A stretch of 64,000 nt of DNA from Alphaproteobacteria bacterium. GTDB lineage: Bacteria > Pseudomonadota > Alphaproteobacteria > JANSWW01. Positions 20,818-31,358 of the stretch are shown in pieces. The stretch covers positions 4,256-68,255 of the forward strand of contig JANSWW010000007.1 of the NCBI GenBank assembly GCA_024743275.1. The letters are read 5' to 3'. Made by a program: the position numbers and the translations under genes. Below the pieces are notes generated by a model. The model made no database searches. It saw only the letters and a program-made list of their open reading frames with translations, and was not told the origin of the DNA. Numbering within the stretch: position 1 is the stretch's first letter; each line of letters begins with the position of its first letter.

Positions 20818-21960
20818 TCAACCCGTCAAGAACGCTGCCCAGCGCTCCATGAGATCACGCCGTTGGTCTAGATAATCAGTCCGCCGATAGGCTCGCGTTA
20901 CTTCGGACCCCACCTTGTGGCCGAGCGCCGTCTCCGCGATCTCTTCGGAAATGTCGGTCGCCTCGGCGCACCAGGTTCTAAACGTAGACCTGAACCCATG
21001 TGGCCGCGCCTCCATCCCCTTACGTTTCATATAGTTGGACATCGTCATGTCGCTGATGACCCCTTTGCGAGGGTTTGCAAAGAAGAAGCCCCGTCTTTCA
21101 TGCGCCTCCGCAAGCGAAAGGACGCGCTGGGCTTCGCGGGACAACGGGACCCGGTGTTCGATACCTGTTTTTGTTCGAACGCTCGGGATTGTCCAAAGGT
21201 CGCCATCGACCTCGTTAACATGAATGAAGCGAACCTCGCCGGAGCGACACGCCGTGAGAATCGTTAAGCGAAGGGCCAGCTCCGTCGAAGAGTCTCCGAG
21301 AGATTTGTAAAAGTCAGGGGCCTCGCTCCAGGGAAGAGCTGGAATGTTCCGGGTCTGGTGGCGTGATCTGCCCAGCAGCAACTTTGCTTTAGCGCAGGCC
21401 TGGATGTCGACATCCAGTCCCATCGCAGCTGCGTGTTTCAGGCATAGGTTCAGGCGGTTCATTGACTTCCTAGCCGTCTCGGCCTTGGCATGCCAAATCG
21501 GTCGCAGGGTGTTCGCAATATCCCTTTGGTCGATTTCCGTGATGGGGACGTCCCCGAGTCGGGGTAGGACGTGTAGTTCAAGCGGGGTGAACCACCGACC
21601 GGATTTGCCGTCGTTCTTCAGTTCGGCCTTCCTGGCCTCAAACGTTGCGTAAGCGATGTCCTTCAGCAGATGGCCACCCCGTTCGCGTTCACGGCGTTCC
21701 CTCTGACGCTCCTTGATCGGGTCCTTACCCTCACGAACAAGCCGACGTGCGGTCTCAGCATGAAGGCGCGCATCCTTTAGGCTCACGTCCCGGATCGACC
21801 CTAGGCCCATCTCGCGGCGGCGCCCGTGGACGCTTACCCTGAGCATCCATTGCCCACCACCGTCTCCGCGTTTGATGAGCCACAACCCTCCACCGTCCGG
21901 ATGCTTCCCGGCCGGGGCGTGTTTGACGGCCGCCGCAGAAAGCCTATGGAGCTGCCTCAT
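20818..21960 (-). CDS. P4-type tyrosine integrase with arm-binding domain
   Basis: DGGGLWL arm domain; catalytic TACRSGE, K, HGFRSTFR, LGH and AYRR; probable start 21960. Confidence 0.95.
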   Translation of the reverse strand: MRQLHRLSAAAVKHAPAGKHPDGGGLWLIKRGDGGGQWMLRVSVHGRRREMGLGSIRDVSLKDARLHAETARRLVREGKDPIKERQRERRERERGGHLLKDIAYATFEARKAELKNDGKSGRWFTPLELHVLPRLGDVPITEIDQRDIANTLRPIWHAKAETARKSMNRLNLCLKHAAAMGLDVDIQACAKAKLLLGRSRHQTRNIPALPWSEAPDFYKSLGDSSTELALRLTILTACRSGEVRFIHVNEVDGDLWTIPSVRTKTGIEHRVPLSREAQRVLSLAEAHERRGFFFANPRKGVISDMTMSNYMKRKGMEARPHGFRSTFRTWCAEATDISEEIAETALGHKVGSEVTRAYRRTDYLDQRRDLMERWAAFLTG

Positions 21961-21965
21961 TCTGG

Positions 21966-21985
21966 TCCACCCTTTCATCCACCCT
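21966..21985. repeat. Putative integrase arm-binding repeats
   Basis: TCCACCCT twice, 12 bp apart, between the integrase start and the att site. Confidence 0.4.
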
Positions 21986-22103
21986 CGATATATGGACAGG
22001 TTTGGATGATCCGCAATGAAAATGGACACTTAAAGCACTGAAAAAAAAGATGTTAATTCAGTTTGATGGTCAGGGTAAAACAATCCTGAACAGTTTAAGT
22101 GTG

Positions 22104-22119
22104 CCCTCCAACGGCACCA
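22104..22119 (+). mobile_element. att site: duplicated tRNA 3' end (probably tRNA-Thr); right border of the island
   Basis: CCCTC-CAACGGC-A-CCA parses as T-stem, acceptor strand, discriminator and CCA. No tRNA 5' part upstream; about 145 bp from the integrase start. Confidence 0.7.
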
Positions 22120-22274
22120 TTTTTTAAAAAGAGATCATTTAAAATCAGCGACTTGATCGGAATCTGATCTTGGATGTCCACGGCCCGGCCCGGAGACATG
22201 GGTAACAGTTTGTACCCAAGACATGCCCGGGACATGTGGGGCAGTTTCCAAGAAAACCGCGTGACAAGGCGTCA

Positions 22275-22296
22275 AATCCGCCGAACCCGGCGGATT
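22275..22296 (-). terminator. Hairpin downstream of the ect operon
   Basis: AATCCGCCG-AACC-CGGCGGATT, 9-bp stem; U tract is weak. Confidence 0.4.
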
Positions 22297-22381
22297 GTGC
22301 AAGAGACTCCCCCGCCGAGGAGGGGGTCGGACAAGGCGCCGGATCCGCTGATCCCTCCCGGGCCAACTCCCGACGATCGAT

Positions 22382-22423
22382 CCACTCCGCCAGCGACCCA
22401 CTCCGCCAGCGACCCACTCCGCC
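22382..22423. repeat. 16-bp tandem repeat x2.6
   Basis: CCACTCCGCCAGCGAC twice plus CCACTCCGCC. Confidence 0.9.
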
Positions 22424-22465
22424 GACGTGTATGGGTAGAAGACTATCGCCGCGTTCAAGGTCCCG

Positions 22466-23959
22466 TTAGGCGGCCCGCACGAGCGCGTTGCTGGGCCGCG
22501 GTGCCGAAGAGACGACGTCGTCGACGTCTTCCGAGGTCTTTTCGGACAGGTCCATGTCGGTGTTCTCGATCAGAACCCGATGAAGCACCTGGATCGCCTG
22601 ATCCCGGTCATCGATCCCGACGAAGAACTGTACATCGACCTGCCGGATCCCGTCCTGTGTCGCGAGATAGCGGATACCCGCCTCGTCAAGGGCGACCAGG
22701 CCGCGCTGCAGGACTTTCACGCCCGACAGACTTGCCCCGAGGGCGGAGACAAGGCTGATCTTCTGGATCGAGATCTCGGCGGCGGGGAATGCGCGTTTCA
22801 CATCCGCCTCGACCCGGCGCAGCAACTTCAAGGAGGCGTCGACATAGTGCACGATGGAATTCGCGTTGGACGCTTTGCAAACGATCCGAACACCATGCCG
22901 GGTGAGTGTTTCGAGAATCTTCTGATCGTAGCCTTTGACCCCGACCATATCCTGCTCGAACACCTGGAAGGCGACGACGTCGAGACCGGTGATCATTTCG
23001 ACGCGCGACGTGTCCGTCGGGTTTGAATCGATCACCGTGCCAGGATCTTCGGGTTCGAACGCGTTCGCCACCCGCAACGGTATCGCCGCCTGACGCAGCG
23101 TCTTGGCGGCGTTCGGGTGGATGGCCTCCATCCCGAGATTCGAGAGTTGATCCGCCACGTCATAGTTGGTCCGCCCGATTTTGTGGACGGCTTGGGCCCC
23201 GACAAGCTTGGGGTCGGCGCTGGATAGATGGAATTCCTTGTGGATCACCGCCTCGCGGGCACCGGAAAGCGCGGCGAGCTTCGCAAAGGTGACTTCGCTG
23301 TATCCGCGATCGTACTGGCGCATCAGCCCTTCCTTCGCTTGGGCATAGCCGGTAACGACGGGCATTTCGGAGGCGAAGTCGATCCCGGCGATCGCATCGG
23401 CGATCCTTCGGTCGAGGCTGGGGTGATGTTCGTCCCGCCAACCGGACAGATCGACGAACCGGGCATTCACCTCGGCACGGCGCAGCATCAAGGTAGCGGT
23501 ATGCGCCGAATGGGCCTCGCCCAAGCCGGCCAGCATCTCGCGGATCGTCATCAGATGCTCTTCGATCTGGAAATGCCCGTAGGCACAGATCCGTTGCAGA
23601 TCGATCAGACAGCTGCGCGCACCCTCCACCCTCTCGCGAACGAAGGCGTCGGCGATTTGGCGATCGCCCGAATCACCCAGAAGCCGGTGGTTGTGATCGA
23701 TCATCGCGTTGGTCACGCGGTCCAGCGCCTCGGCCCAAACATGCCCGCTCTCCGAGGCGGCGAATAAACCGTAGACGCCTGGCTCGCCCGTTTTCTTGTC
23801 CTCGAGCAACAGATTCGTGACCCCGCCGAAAGCGGAGACCACGAAACAGCGGCGGTAGATATCGTCGCCGGCTCTCTCGCCGATGATGAGATTTGGGAGC
23901 AGCTCGTCGAATCGGGACATGGACGTCCCGCCGATCTTCTCAACGCTGTGGGCGGTCAT
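22466..23959 (-). CDS. ask: Ectoine-associated aspartate kinase
   Basis: VEKIGGTSM, DRGYSEVTF and HKEFHLSSADP; follows ectC. Confidence 0.93.
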   Translation of the reverse strand: MTAHSVEKIGGTSMSRFDELLPNLIIGERAGDDIYRRCFVVSAFGGVTNLLLEDKKTGEPGVYGLFAASESGHVWAEALDRVTNAMIDHNHRLLGDSGDRQIADAFVRERVEGARSCLIDLQRICAYGHFQIEEHLMTIREMLAGLGEAHSAHTATLMLRRAEVNARFVDLSGWRDEHHPSLDRRIADAIAGIDFASEMPVVTGYAQAKEGLMRQYDRGYSEVTFAKLAALSGAREAVIHKEFHLSSADPKLVGAQAVHKIGRTNYDVADQLSNLGMEAIHPNAAKTLRQAAIPLRVANAFEPEDPGTVIDSNPTDTSRVEMITGLDVVAFQVFEQDMVGVKGYDQKILETLTRHGVRIVCKASNANSIVHYVDASLKLLRRVEADVKRAFPAAEISIQKISLVSALGASLSGVKVLQRGLVALDEAGIRYLATQDGIRQVDVQFFVGIDDRDQAIQVLHRVLIENTDMDLSEKTSEDVDDVVSSAPRPSNALVRAA

Positions 23960-24014
23960 AGGGGATCCTTTGGGTCTTTCGCTTTCTGCTGGCTCGGCGG
24001 TTGGAGGCGGTCGA

Positions 24015-24422
24015 TCAGACCGCCTCTCCCACAACAGCCTCTCCCTCAAGGGCATAAGAGCCGTCTTCCCGATGCACCTCGCGGCCGGTCACCGGCGGGT
24101 TGAAGGCGCAGGCCAGGACCATTTCGGTCTCGCTTTTGAGGATGTGTTTGTCGTGCTGATCGAGCAGGTAGATCACACCCGGGCGGATCCGATGAACCTC
24201 GCCGGTGGCCAGGTCCTCGATCGATCCTTCGCCGGAGATGCAATAGACCGCTTCCAGGTGGTTCTTGTAGTGGAAGGTGTGTTCGGTGCCGGCATAGATG
24301 GTCGTTATGTGGAAGCTGAAGCCCATATTGTCGTCCTTCAGCGCCAGGCGGACACTGTCCCACCCTTCCGTCTTCACCTTACGGTTCGTCTTCTTCGCTT
24401 CGTGGTAATCGCGAACGATCAT
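24015..24422 (-). CDS. ectC: Ectoine synthase
   Basis: [27 protein letters not shown] and [11 protein letters not shown]. Confidence 0.97.
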   Translation of the reverse strand: MIVRDYHEAKKTNRKVKTEGWDSVRLALKDDNMGFSFHITTIYAGTEHTFHYKNHLEAVYCISGEGSIEDLATGEVHRIRPGVIYLLDQHDKHILKSETEMVLACAFNPPVTGREVHREDGSYALEGEAVVGEAV

Positions 24423-24460
24423 AGGTTTTCTCTCTTCGATTCCAGTTGGTTGAGTTTGTT

Positions 24461-25780
24461 TTAGGCGGCGGCCATTTCGGCGGCCTCGGTTTCCCGGGCG
24501 ACGATCTTGGCGGCGGCCGCCTCGACGATGTCGAGTCCTTCGCGGAACAGCGCCGTATCGATGGTCAAAGGCGCCAGCACCTTGACCACTTCTCCGTGGG
24601 CTCCCGAGGTCTCGATGATCAGCCCGTTTCGGAAGCACTCGCCGCAGATCTCGGAGGCCAGCTCGCCGCTTCCGACATCGACGCCACGCATCATGCCCCG
24701 CCCTTTGAGCCGTCCGCCCGGGACGATCTTCGCGATCCGCTGAAGGCGGCGTTCCAAGAGCAGCGCCTTCTCGGCGACGTCGGTGGCGAAGCTGTCGTCG
24801 CTCCAGAACTTCTCGAGGGCGACGGTGGCCGTGACGAACGCATGGTTGTTGCCCCGGAATGTGCCGTTATGCTCCGCCGGCGTCCAAATGTCATGCTTCG
24901 GGCGGACCAGCAGGCAGGCGAAGGGAAGGCCCATACCGGAAAGCGACTTCGCCATCGGCACGAGATCGGGGTTGATGCCCATCTTGTCGAAACTGAAGAA
25001 ACCCCCGGTGCGGCCCACACCGGCCTGGATATCGTCAACGATCAGCAAGGCACCGTGCTTTCGCGCCAGCTTTTCGATCCCTTGAACCCATTCCATCGAC
25101 GCCGCGTTCAAACCGCCCTCGCCTTGGACCACCTCAAGCAGGAAGGCGGCCGGGGCGTCGATGCCGCTGGACGGGTTGTCCAGCATCACCTCGATCTGAT
25201 GCAGGGTGTCGATGTCATCGCCGAACGCCTTGTCGAAAGGCATCCGACTGGTGCCGCAGAGCGGACCGGAGCCGGCGCCGCCGCGATGGTGGCTGTTGCC
25301 CGTGCAGGACAGCGCGCCGGCGGTCACGCCGTGGAAACCATTGGTGAAGCTGATGATGTTCCGGCGACCGGTCACCTTGCGGGCAAGCTTCATCGCCGCT
25401 TCGACCGCGTTGGCGCCGGTCGGCCCGGTGAACTGAACCCGGTGGTCCATCCCCCTCGGCTTGAGAATAAGTCGTTCGAACGTCTCGAGGAATTTGGCCT
25501 TTGCGTCCGTATGCATGTCCAGCCCATGGGCCACACCGTCGCCGGTGATGTGATCGACAAGGGCCCTTTTCATATCCGGGTCGTTATGGCCGTAGTTCAG
25601 TGAAGAACACCCGGCCAGGAAGTCGATATAGCCGCGTCCTTCGCTATCGAAGAGCCTCGCGCCCCGCGCTTTGACAAAGGTCACCGGAAAACCCCGGCAA
25701 TAGGAGCGGGCCTCCGATTCACGGCGGGCGAAGATATCGGTCGTGGCGGACGGGTCGGCCGCGTTTGTCGTGGTCGTCAT
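24461..25780 (-). CDS. ectB: Diaminobutyrate-2-oxoglutarate transaminase
   Basis: [26 protein letters not shown] and [13 protein letters not shown]. Confidence 0.97.
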   Translation of the reverse strand: MTTTTNAADPSATTDIFARRESEARSYCRGFPVTFVKARGARLFDSEGRGYIDFLAGCSSLNYGHNDPDMKRALVDHITGDGVAHGLDMHTDAKAKFLETFERLILKPRGMDHRVQFTGPTGANAVEAAMKLARKVTGRRNIISFTNGFHGVTAGALSCTGNSHHRGGAGSGPLCGTSRMPFDKAFGDDIDTLHQIEVMLDNPSSGIDAPAAFLLEVVQGEGGLNAASMEWVQGIEKLARKHGALLIVDDIQAGVGRTGGFFSFDKMGINPDLVPMAKSLSGMGLPFACLLVRPKHDIWTPAEHNGTFRGNNHAFVTATVALEKFWSDDSFATDVAEKALLLERRLQRIAKIVPGGRLKGRGMMRGVDVGSGELASEICGECFRNGLIIETSGAHGEVVKVLAPLTIDTALFREGLDIVEAAAAKIVARETEAAEMAAA

Positions 25781-25864
25781 TGTTGTCCTCAAAGTCATGG
25801 AGTTTTTGCCCGGGAGCTGATGCCGCCCGGCTGCAATACTCGCTGGAGTCTTGTGGGGGATGGA

Positions 25865-26437
25865 TCAGGCGGCCGCTTTGAGCGCCCCGAAATCCCCGAT
25901 CGTCACCATGTACTCGGTGTCATGGTTCCCGTCGAAGTGCTCTTCCTGTTTGAAGTGAGCCTCGTGCGACAGGGGGGCCGCCATGTGGCGGGCGAAGGAC
26001 GTGAACAGCGCCCAGCTTGCCTTGTTGTCCCGAGTGATGGTGGTTTGCAGCCGAATCACGGCCTCGCAAGCAGGCCGGTCGATCAGCTTCGTCAGCATGC
26101 GCTTTGCCAGCCCTTGCCCACGGGCGCGGGCGGAGGTTGCGACTTGCCAGACGAACAAGGTGCCGGGATCATTCGGCAGGACATAGCCCGATATCCAACC
26201 ACAGACGCCCTCGCCGTCCTCGGCAAGGATGCATGTGTCGCTGAAGTGATCGCATTGGAGCAGGTTGCAATACATCGAGTTGTCGTCCAGCGGACCACAG
26301 CTCTTGATCAAGTCCCACACCGCCGACCCGTCTTCAGGCAGGGGTGCCCGGAAGCGAAACGGGTCGGTCGCTTTCACGGCTGTGTTTCGCCGGGGTTGCG
26401 CACGACAAAGGGAAGCGGTTAGCCGGGTATCAGTCAT
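25865..26437 (-). CDS. ectA: Diaminobutyrate acetyltransferase
   Basis: LDDNSMYCNLL, LFVWQVA and TTITRDNKASWALF. Confidence 0.96.
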   Translation of the reverse strand: MTDTRLTASLCRAQPRRNTAVKATDPFRFRAPLPEDGSAVWDLIKSCGPLDDNSMYCNLLQCDHFSDTCILAEDGEGVCGWISGYVLPNDPGTLFVWQVATSARARGQGLAKRMLTKLIDRPACEAVIRLQTTITRDNKASWALFTSFARHMAAPLSHEAHFKQEEHFDGNHDTEYMVTIGDFGALKAAA

Positions 26438-26618
26438 GCCCGTCTCCGTTCTCTGTTCAATGAGCGACCGGTTTATCCGCTCGCCTTGTCGTTATCAGGA
26501 TAATGAGAGTCCGTCGAAAGACAACCTGTTTTTGCAAAAAACTCTGAAAAATCGGCATTTTTTGAAAAAATAATCCCATTCATCTCACTGAAAATATTAC
26601 GGTTTTTGGCGGACGTGA

Positions 26619-27667
26619 TTGAGTTTGGGAAAAAATGGATGGCTGGGGGCTGCTCGTGTGTTGTCGCTTTTGCGACAAATGGACTCGATGGTTCCGGGCG
26701 TCGCTTCCGCGTCGTCGAACCGGTCTTTCGACGCGCCGCGCCGCCATCGCCCGTATTCATGCCGTTCCCGGTTCTTGCCGATGGCCAGCCGCGATCAAGC
26801 GGCATCGACCGACCTTCCCACGAAGATGAAAAGCCTGATCGAGGATTTCGCGCAGCTTCCCGACATGCTGAGTGCGGATGGGGTCAAGATCCCGAGCGTT
26901 TGGTTCAGACTCTCGAGACGATTCAGCGTCGTGCTTGGGAGGTTCGCGAATACGGCGGTCAGGAACGCACCTATTTCGCGATCGCCACGGCCACCGGGAA
27001 CCCGATCTCCGCTCCGATCCGATCCGAAATGGCGGCCCTGCATAAACGAGCCGTTTTCGCGCTGAATACGCTCGGCTTCGCCCGGGACTATGCGGGGCTA
27101 CCGGATAAGATCTTCGCCGAAATCGAGAATACGCGCGCGTTCTACTTCGGTGAGTACGATGCGGTCCGCCGTGGCATCATGACGGCATCGGACGCCGGCG
27201 CCGCCTACCCCATCAGCTTCACGGACTTCTTCACACTGTCGAGCGATGCGCTCGGACGGGCCGTGGTCCTGTCAGGAGACGCCGGGTCCGCCATCCGGGT
27301 CGAATTGGACCGGATCACCCACGAGGCGGGGCTCGAACTGGCCGCCTATTGGGTGATGCTGGCTTTCGCCATGGCAATCTTCGGGTTCCAGATCTTCTAT
27401 ACCCGATATTCGGTCGCCAAGCGGATGGGCGGCGTCACCCATCAAGGCCACTCGCAGAACATCTCCAAGGGCGGTGCGGTACTGCGCATGGAGGGTGACT
27501 TTTATCCGAACCAAGCCGTCATCGTCCGGTTTTCGGATGCCGGTGGGCCTATACCGGCCCGCGTAAAGTCGGCGGAGAGCGATCTCGTGACGGTGATTTT
27601 CGACCGAGTCGTCGATTTGGAGGGCCTGTCGCCCTCTATATCGACCGGTACGGCAAGGGCTTCATGA
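26619..27667 (+). pseudogene. Probable degraded chemoreceptor: sensor domain + TM joined directly to a PilZ-like domain
   Basis: Apparent frame change near 26890; TM YWVMLAFAMAIFGFQIF; C-terminal NISKGGA PilZ motif; no HAMP or signalling domain and no RxxxR. Confidence 0.5.
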
Positions 27668-27848
27668 TCCCGGACGGTACTTTCCCCGCCGTCCGCCTCG
27701 CCGACGGCGAACCGAACCCATCCCAAGCGTCGGTCACGCCATTGCGACAAAAGCGCATGGGCGTTCTGTTCCGGTTTATCCGAACTTGCCCGCCGACCTT
27801 GGGCGACTACGTCCTGGAGGCGACCCCATCACAGCAGGATGGCGATCC

Positions 27849-28088
27849 ATGCGTCTCGACAGCCCCGCCAGATTCTTCACCCGTCACGCCGTGATCGGCA
27901 TGATCGCCAGCGTCGCCGCCACGGCCCTGGTCTACTTCTCGAACTTCGCCGGCGTGGGAGATCTGCTGGACCGGTCCGACGACGGGATCCTGTTCGCCGT
28001 GCTCATGGTGCTGTTCCTCGGCCCGACCCTGTCGGCCGTGCAGATCGCTTTCGCCCTGTTCCTGGAGCGGGACGACGCGGCGGGATAG
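27849..28088 (+). CDS. Small two-TM membrane protein
   Basis: Two hydrophobic helices; AGGA upstream. Confidence 0.65.
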   Translation: MRLDSPARFFTRHAVIGMIASVAATALVYFSNFAGVGDLLDRSDDGILFAVLMVLFLGPTLSAVQIAFALFLERDDAAG

Positions 28089-28125
28089 ACTGGAAGAGGG
28101 CGCGTGACGCCCGTGACGCACTCGG

Positions 28126-30162
28126 TTAGGCGGCGATGTCGATCTCGTCGGCATCGATAAGATCGAGCAGGACCTGGGCGATCTCCGGATCGTAGCGTGT
28201 GCCGGCGCCCTCCCGGATCTCTTTCGCGGCCGCGTCGATCCCCAGCCCCGGCCGGTAGGGCCGGTGCGTGGCCATGGCGTCGAACACATCGGCCACCGCG
28301 ATGATGCGGGCCTCCAACGTGATCTCGTCGCCTTTCAGGCCATGGGGATAGCCAGACCCGTCGATCCGTTCGTGGTGCTGCCGGATCATGTCGACGATCG
28401 GCCACTCGAACTCGATATCGCCCAGCAGCTGGGCGCCGGTCTCCGGGTGCATCTTGATCAGTTCGTATTCCGCATCCAGCAGACGGCTGGGCTTGGAGAG
28501 GATCTCGGAGGGGATCTGGATCTTCCCGACATCGTGGATCATGGCACCCAGTTCCAGGCCCAGGAGCTGATGGTCGTCCAACCCCATCTTCTTGCCGATC
28601 TGCACCGCGATCCGGGCGACATGCTCCTCGTGGCCCGCAGTATAGGGGTCCCGGGCTTCCAAGGCGGCGGCCAGAACCTGAACCGTCTTGGTGAGGGCCA
28701 TGGAGAGGCTGCGGGAGGCGTTCTTCTGTTCGGTGACGTCGAGGATGACGCTGTTCCAGATCGTCGTGCCATCGGCCGTCCGCCTCGGCTGGCCCATCCC
28801 GCGCAGCCATTTCTCCCCGCCCGATTTCGGCCAGATGCGCCAGTCGTGGGACCAGAAGGACAGAGCCTCCATGGATTTGCCGACAGAGGCCTTCATGTCC
28901 TCGATATCGTCGGGATGCACCATCTGCCAGAGCGGCGTGGGATCGCGCTCGACCACCGTGCGGGGCAGTTCCCAGATCCGCTCGCAGCCGGGGCTCATAT
29001 AGTTGATCGAATCGGAACCATCGGGGGCGATGGCATATTGGAAGACGGCGCCGGGCAGGGAATTGGCGATATCCTCAAGTCGGGCGTCGCGCTCGACCTG
29101 GTCCGTGATGTCCTGGCCATAGAGATTACAATAGTCTTCGCTGAAGACCGGCGCGAGGTTGAACTGATAATGGCGCTCGCCGAGGGTTAGGCGGACGTTC
29201 CGCGCCCGTTGCATGCTTTTGGCCCGCTCGATGATCTTCAGCCATTGCTCCCGCTCCTGCTCGGAACAGGTGATCAAATGGCCCATGAGCTGCTGGGCCG
29301 GCCCGTTGGCAAGCATGATCTCGCCGCTCAGATCGACCCTGAGCACCGGTGACGGGTTCTCGAGCGGAAACTTCGCATAGGCCTGGGCACGCTGCTCCGC
29401 GACACGCCGCTCGGTGACGTCGGTGCCGAAGGCGATGAGCTTTCGGTTGCCGCCATTGGCGTTGGAGTCGATTCCGAAATACCAGTGAACCCGCTTGAGC
29501 TCACCGGACTTCGCCCGGATATCGTTCTCGAACTCGCGGGTTTCCAGGCTGTCGTCTTCCGCCATCAACCCCTTCAGGATCTCCCGGATCTCCGTCCGTC
29601 TCTCCTTCGGAATGAATGTTCCGACCCAGTCGCTGCCGCGCAGTTTGTCGACCGCAACTCCGGTTACCGCGCCGGTTCTTTCATTGGCGTCCAACACCGT
29701 GCCATTCTCGTCCAGGGCCAGAAACATGTTCCCGGACATGCGCAAATAGCGGCGATTGCGCTCCTCGGCCTCGATCATCTCCGTGATGTCGATGATGGTG
29801 CCGTGATTCTCATAGGCCTTGCCGGACGGGTCGCGGTGGACAGTGGTCCAGTCGTGGACCCAGCGGATTTCGCCGGATGCGGTCCGGATCCGGTAGCGTT
29901 GCTCGAACTTGTCGACCCGGTTGGCGAGGTTGGCGGCAACCTCTTGGGCGACCCTCTGAACATCGTCGTCGAAAAGGATCTCTTCATATCTCAAACGGTT
30001 GGATAGGAAGTCGTCGGGCGCATAGCCAAACTGGTTGATCCCTTCCGAGACGAAAGTGACCGGCCACCCCTCGGAAAGATCCCAGACAAAGACGGCGATG
30101 GGGCTGTCCTTCAGAATCTCGCCCAAAAGGGCTGGGTTCGTATTCGGTTGGATCGCGTTCAT
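28126..30162 (-). CDS. Multi-PAS HD-GYP c-di-GMP phosphodiesterase
   Basis: Several PAS/PAC repeats; RDPYTAGH, HDVGK and HHERIDGSGYP intact. Confidence 0.93.
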   Translation of the reverse strand: MNAIQPNTNPALLGEILKDSPIAVFVWDLSEGWPVTFVSEGINQFGYAPDDFLSNRLRYEEILFDDDVQRVAQEVAANLANRVDKFEQRYRIRTASGEIRWVHDWTTVHRDPSGKAYENHGTIIDITEMIEAEERNRRYLRMSGNMFLALDENGTVLDANERTGAVTGVAVDKLRGSDWVGTFIPKERRTEIREILKGLMAEDDSLETREFENDIRAKSGELKRVHWYFGIDSNANGGNRKLIAFGTDVTERRVAEQRAQAYAKFPLENPSPVLRVDLSGEIMLANGPAQQLMGHLITCSEQEREQWLKIIERAKSMQRARNVRLTLGERHYQFNLAPVFSEDYCNLYGQDITDQVERDARLEDIANSLPGAVFQYAIAPDGSDSINYMSPGCERIWELPRTVVERDPTPLWQMVHPDDIEDMKASVGKSMEALSFWSHDWRIWPKSGGEKWLRGMGQPRRTADGTTIWNSVILDVTEQKNASRSLSMALTKTVQVLAAALEARDPYTAGHEEHVARIAVQIGKKMGLDDHQLLGLELGAMIHDVGKIQIPSEILSKPSRLLDAEYELIKMHPETGAQLLGDIEFEWPIVDMIRQHHERIDGSGYPHGLKGDEITLEARIIAVADVFDAMATHRPYRPGLGIDAAAKEIREGAGTRYDPEIAQVLLDLIDADEIDIAA

Positions 30163-30551
30163 CGGCGTTCTGCCCGGGCCCCCGATCGATTGCTCTGCTC
30201 TCTTAATTTAACTCTGGGAGGTGAAGTGGGGATAGCAAACAAAAGGATATCACGACGGCATGACATCTATAGATAGAGTAATTGAGCTCACTATACGCTT
30301 CATCCATCCCTAATCTCTGATTCGAAATGGTTTCCGGAAGCGAAGAACCGTCAAGATTGAAGAAAAAGCGGACTTTAGCCTTCAATGGCGGATCCTTCTT
30401 CAGATTAACTAAATTTCTTTGGTATACTAAAGGATATTTTATATGCCTTTTGAGAAATACGTTCGTAAACAGATCTCGTTAGAAAGTAGACATATAGGAT
30501 TTCCGGGTTTTAACTTGCGGTATAAGGGGACTAGCGAAGGGTTGGCTCGAT

Positions 30552-31358
30552 ATGAACCCGTGGACACTCGTCGGAATGCTGGGGGGGCTGATCCTTCTTC
30601 TGGGTTCCATTGCGCTTACGGCCAAGGACCCCTGGATCTTCATCAACCTGCCGGGCATCATCGTCGTCCTGGGTGGGACGATCGCCGCGACCCTGATGAG
30701 CTACACCCCCAAGGAACTCGCAACCGCGTTCGCCGCGATCCTCACCACGCTTAAATCCGAGCGGCGCTATAGCGTCGACGATATCGACGAGATCGTGAAG
30801 ATCGCCGAAATCTGGCGTAAGGGCGATCTCCGGGGCGCGGAGACGGAGATCAAGAACGCGAATAGCCCCTTCCTGTCCACGGCGATGTCCCTGGTTCTGG
30901 ACGGCACGCCGACCAAGGACATCGTCGAGATGCTCGAATGGCGGATCGGCCAGATGAAACAGCGGGAAAAGGCCGAGGCCAACCTGTTCCGCACCATGGC
31001 GACCTATGCCCCCGCCTTTGGCATGGTCGGCACCCTCTTGGGGCTGGTGAACATGCTCTATGAAATGGGGCAGGGGAATATGGACAGCCTCGGCCTCAAT
31101 CTCGCGGTCGCCCTGATCACTACCTTCTATGGCGTTGTGCTGGCGAACGCCATTCTCAAGCCGATCGCTGTGAAGCTGGAACGCCGGACCCAGGACCGGG
31201 AGAACATCCTGCGCATGGTCATCCAGAGCGTCGTGATGATGAACGAGCAGCGCAAGCCAAGCTATATCCGGGAGACCATGAAGGGCTTCTCGCGTCAGGT
31301 CCGTGACGAAATCGGCGCGCCGCCACCCGCCAACTCCCATCGGATCGCACCCGGATGA
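30552..31358 (+). CDS. motA: Flagellar stator A subunit (PomA/MotP-like)
   Basis: VLGGT, APAFGMVGTLLGL and AVALITTFYG. Confidence 0.9.
   Translation: MNPWTLVGMLGGLILLLGSIALTAKDPWIFINLPGIIVVLGGTIAATLMSYTPKELATAFAAILTTLKSERRYSVDDIDEIVKIAEIWRKGDLRGAETEIKNANSPFLSTAMSLVLDGTPTKDIVEMLEWRIGQMKQREKAEANLFRTMATYAPAFGMVGTLLGLVNMLYEMGQGNMDSLGLNLAVALITTFYGVVLANAILKPIAVKLERRTQDRENILRMVIQSVVMMNEQRKPSYIRETMKGFSRQVRDEIGAPPPANSHRIAPG

Noticed and set aside
17795..21960. Phage satellite (P4/PICI) call
   Set aside because: Integrase and AlpA fit, but no primase/helicase, Psu/Sid or terminase genes are seen; a relaxase is present instead.
22045..22119. Complete tRNA gene
   Set aside because: Only the last 16 nt fit a tRNA; upstream DNA lacks the acceptor 5' strand, the D-arm and the TTC loop.
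30203..30385. 60-aa ORF in the AT-rich gap before motA
   Set aside because: TTG start and no motifs; more likely divergent promoter DNA.
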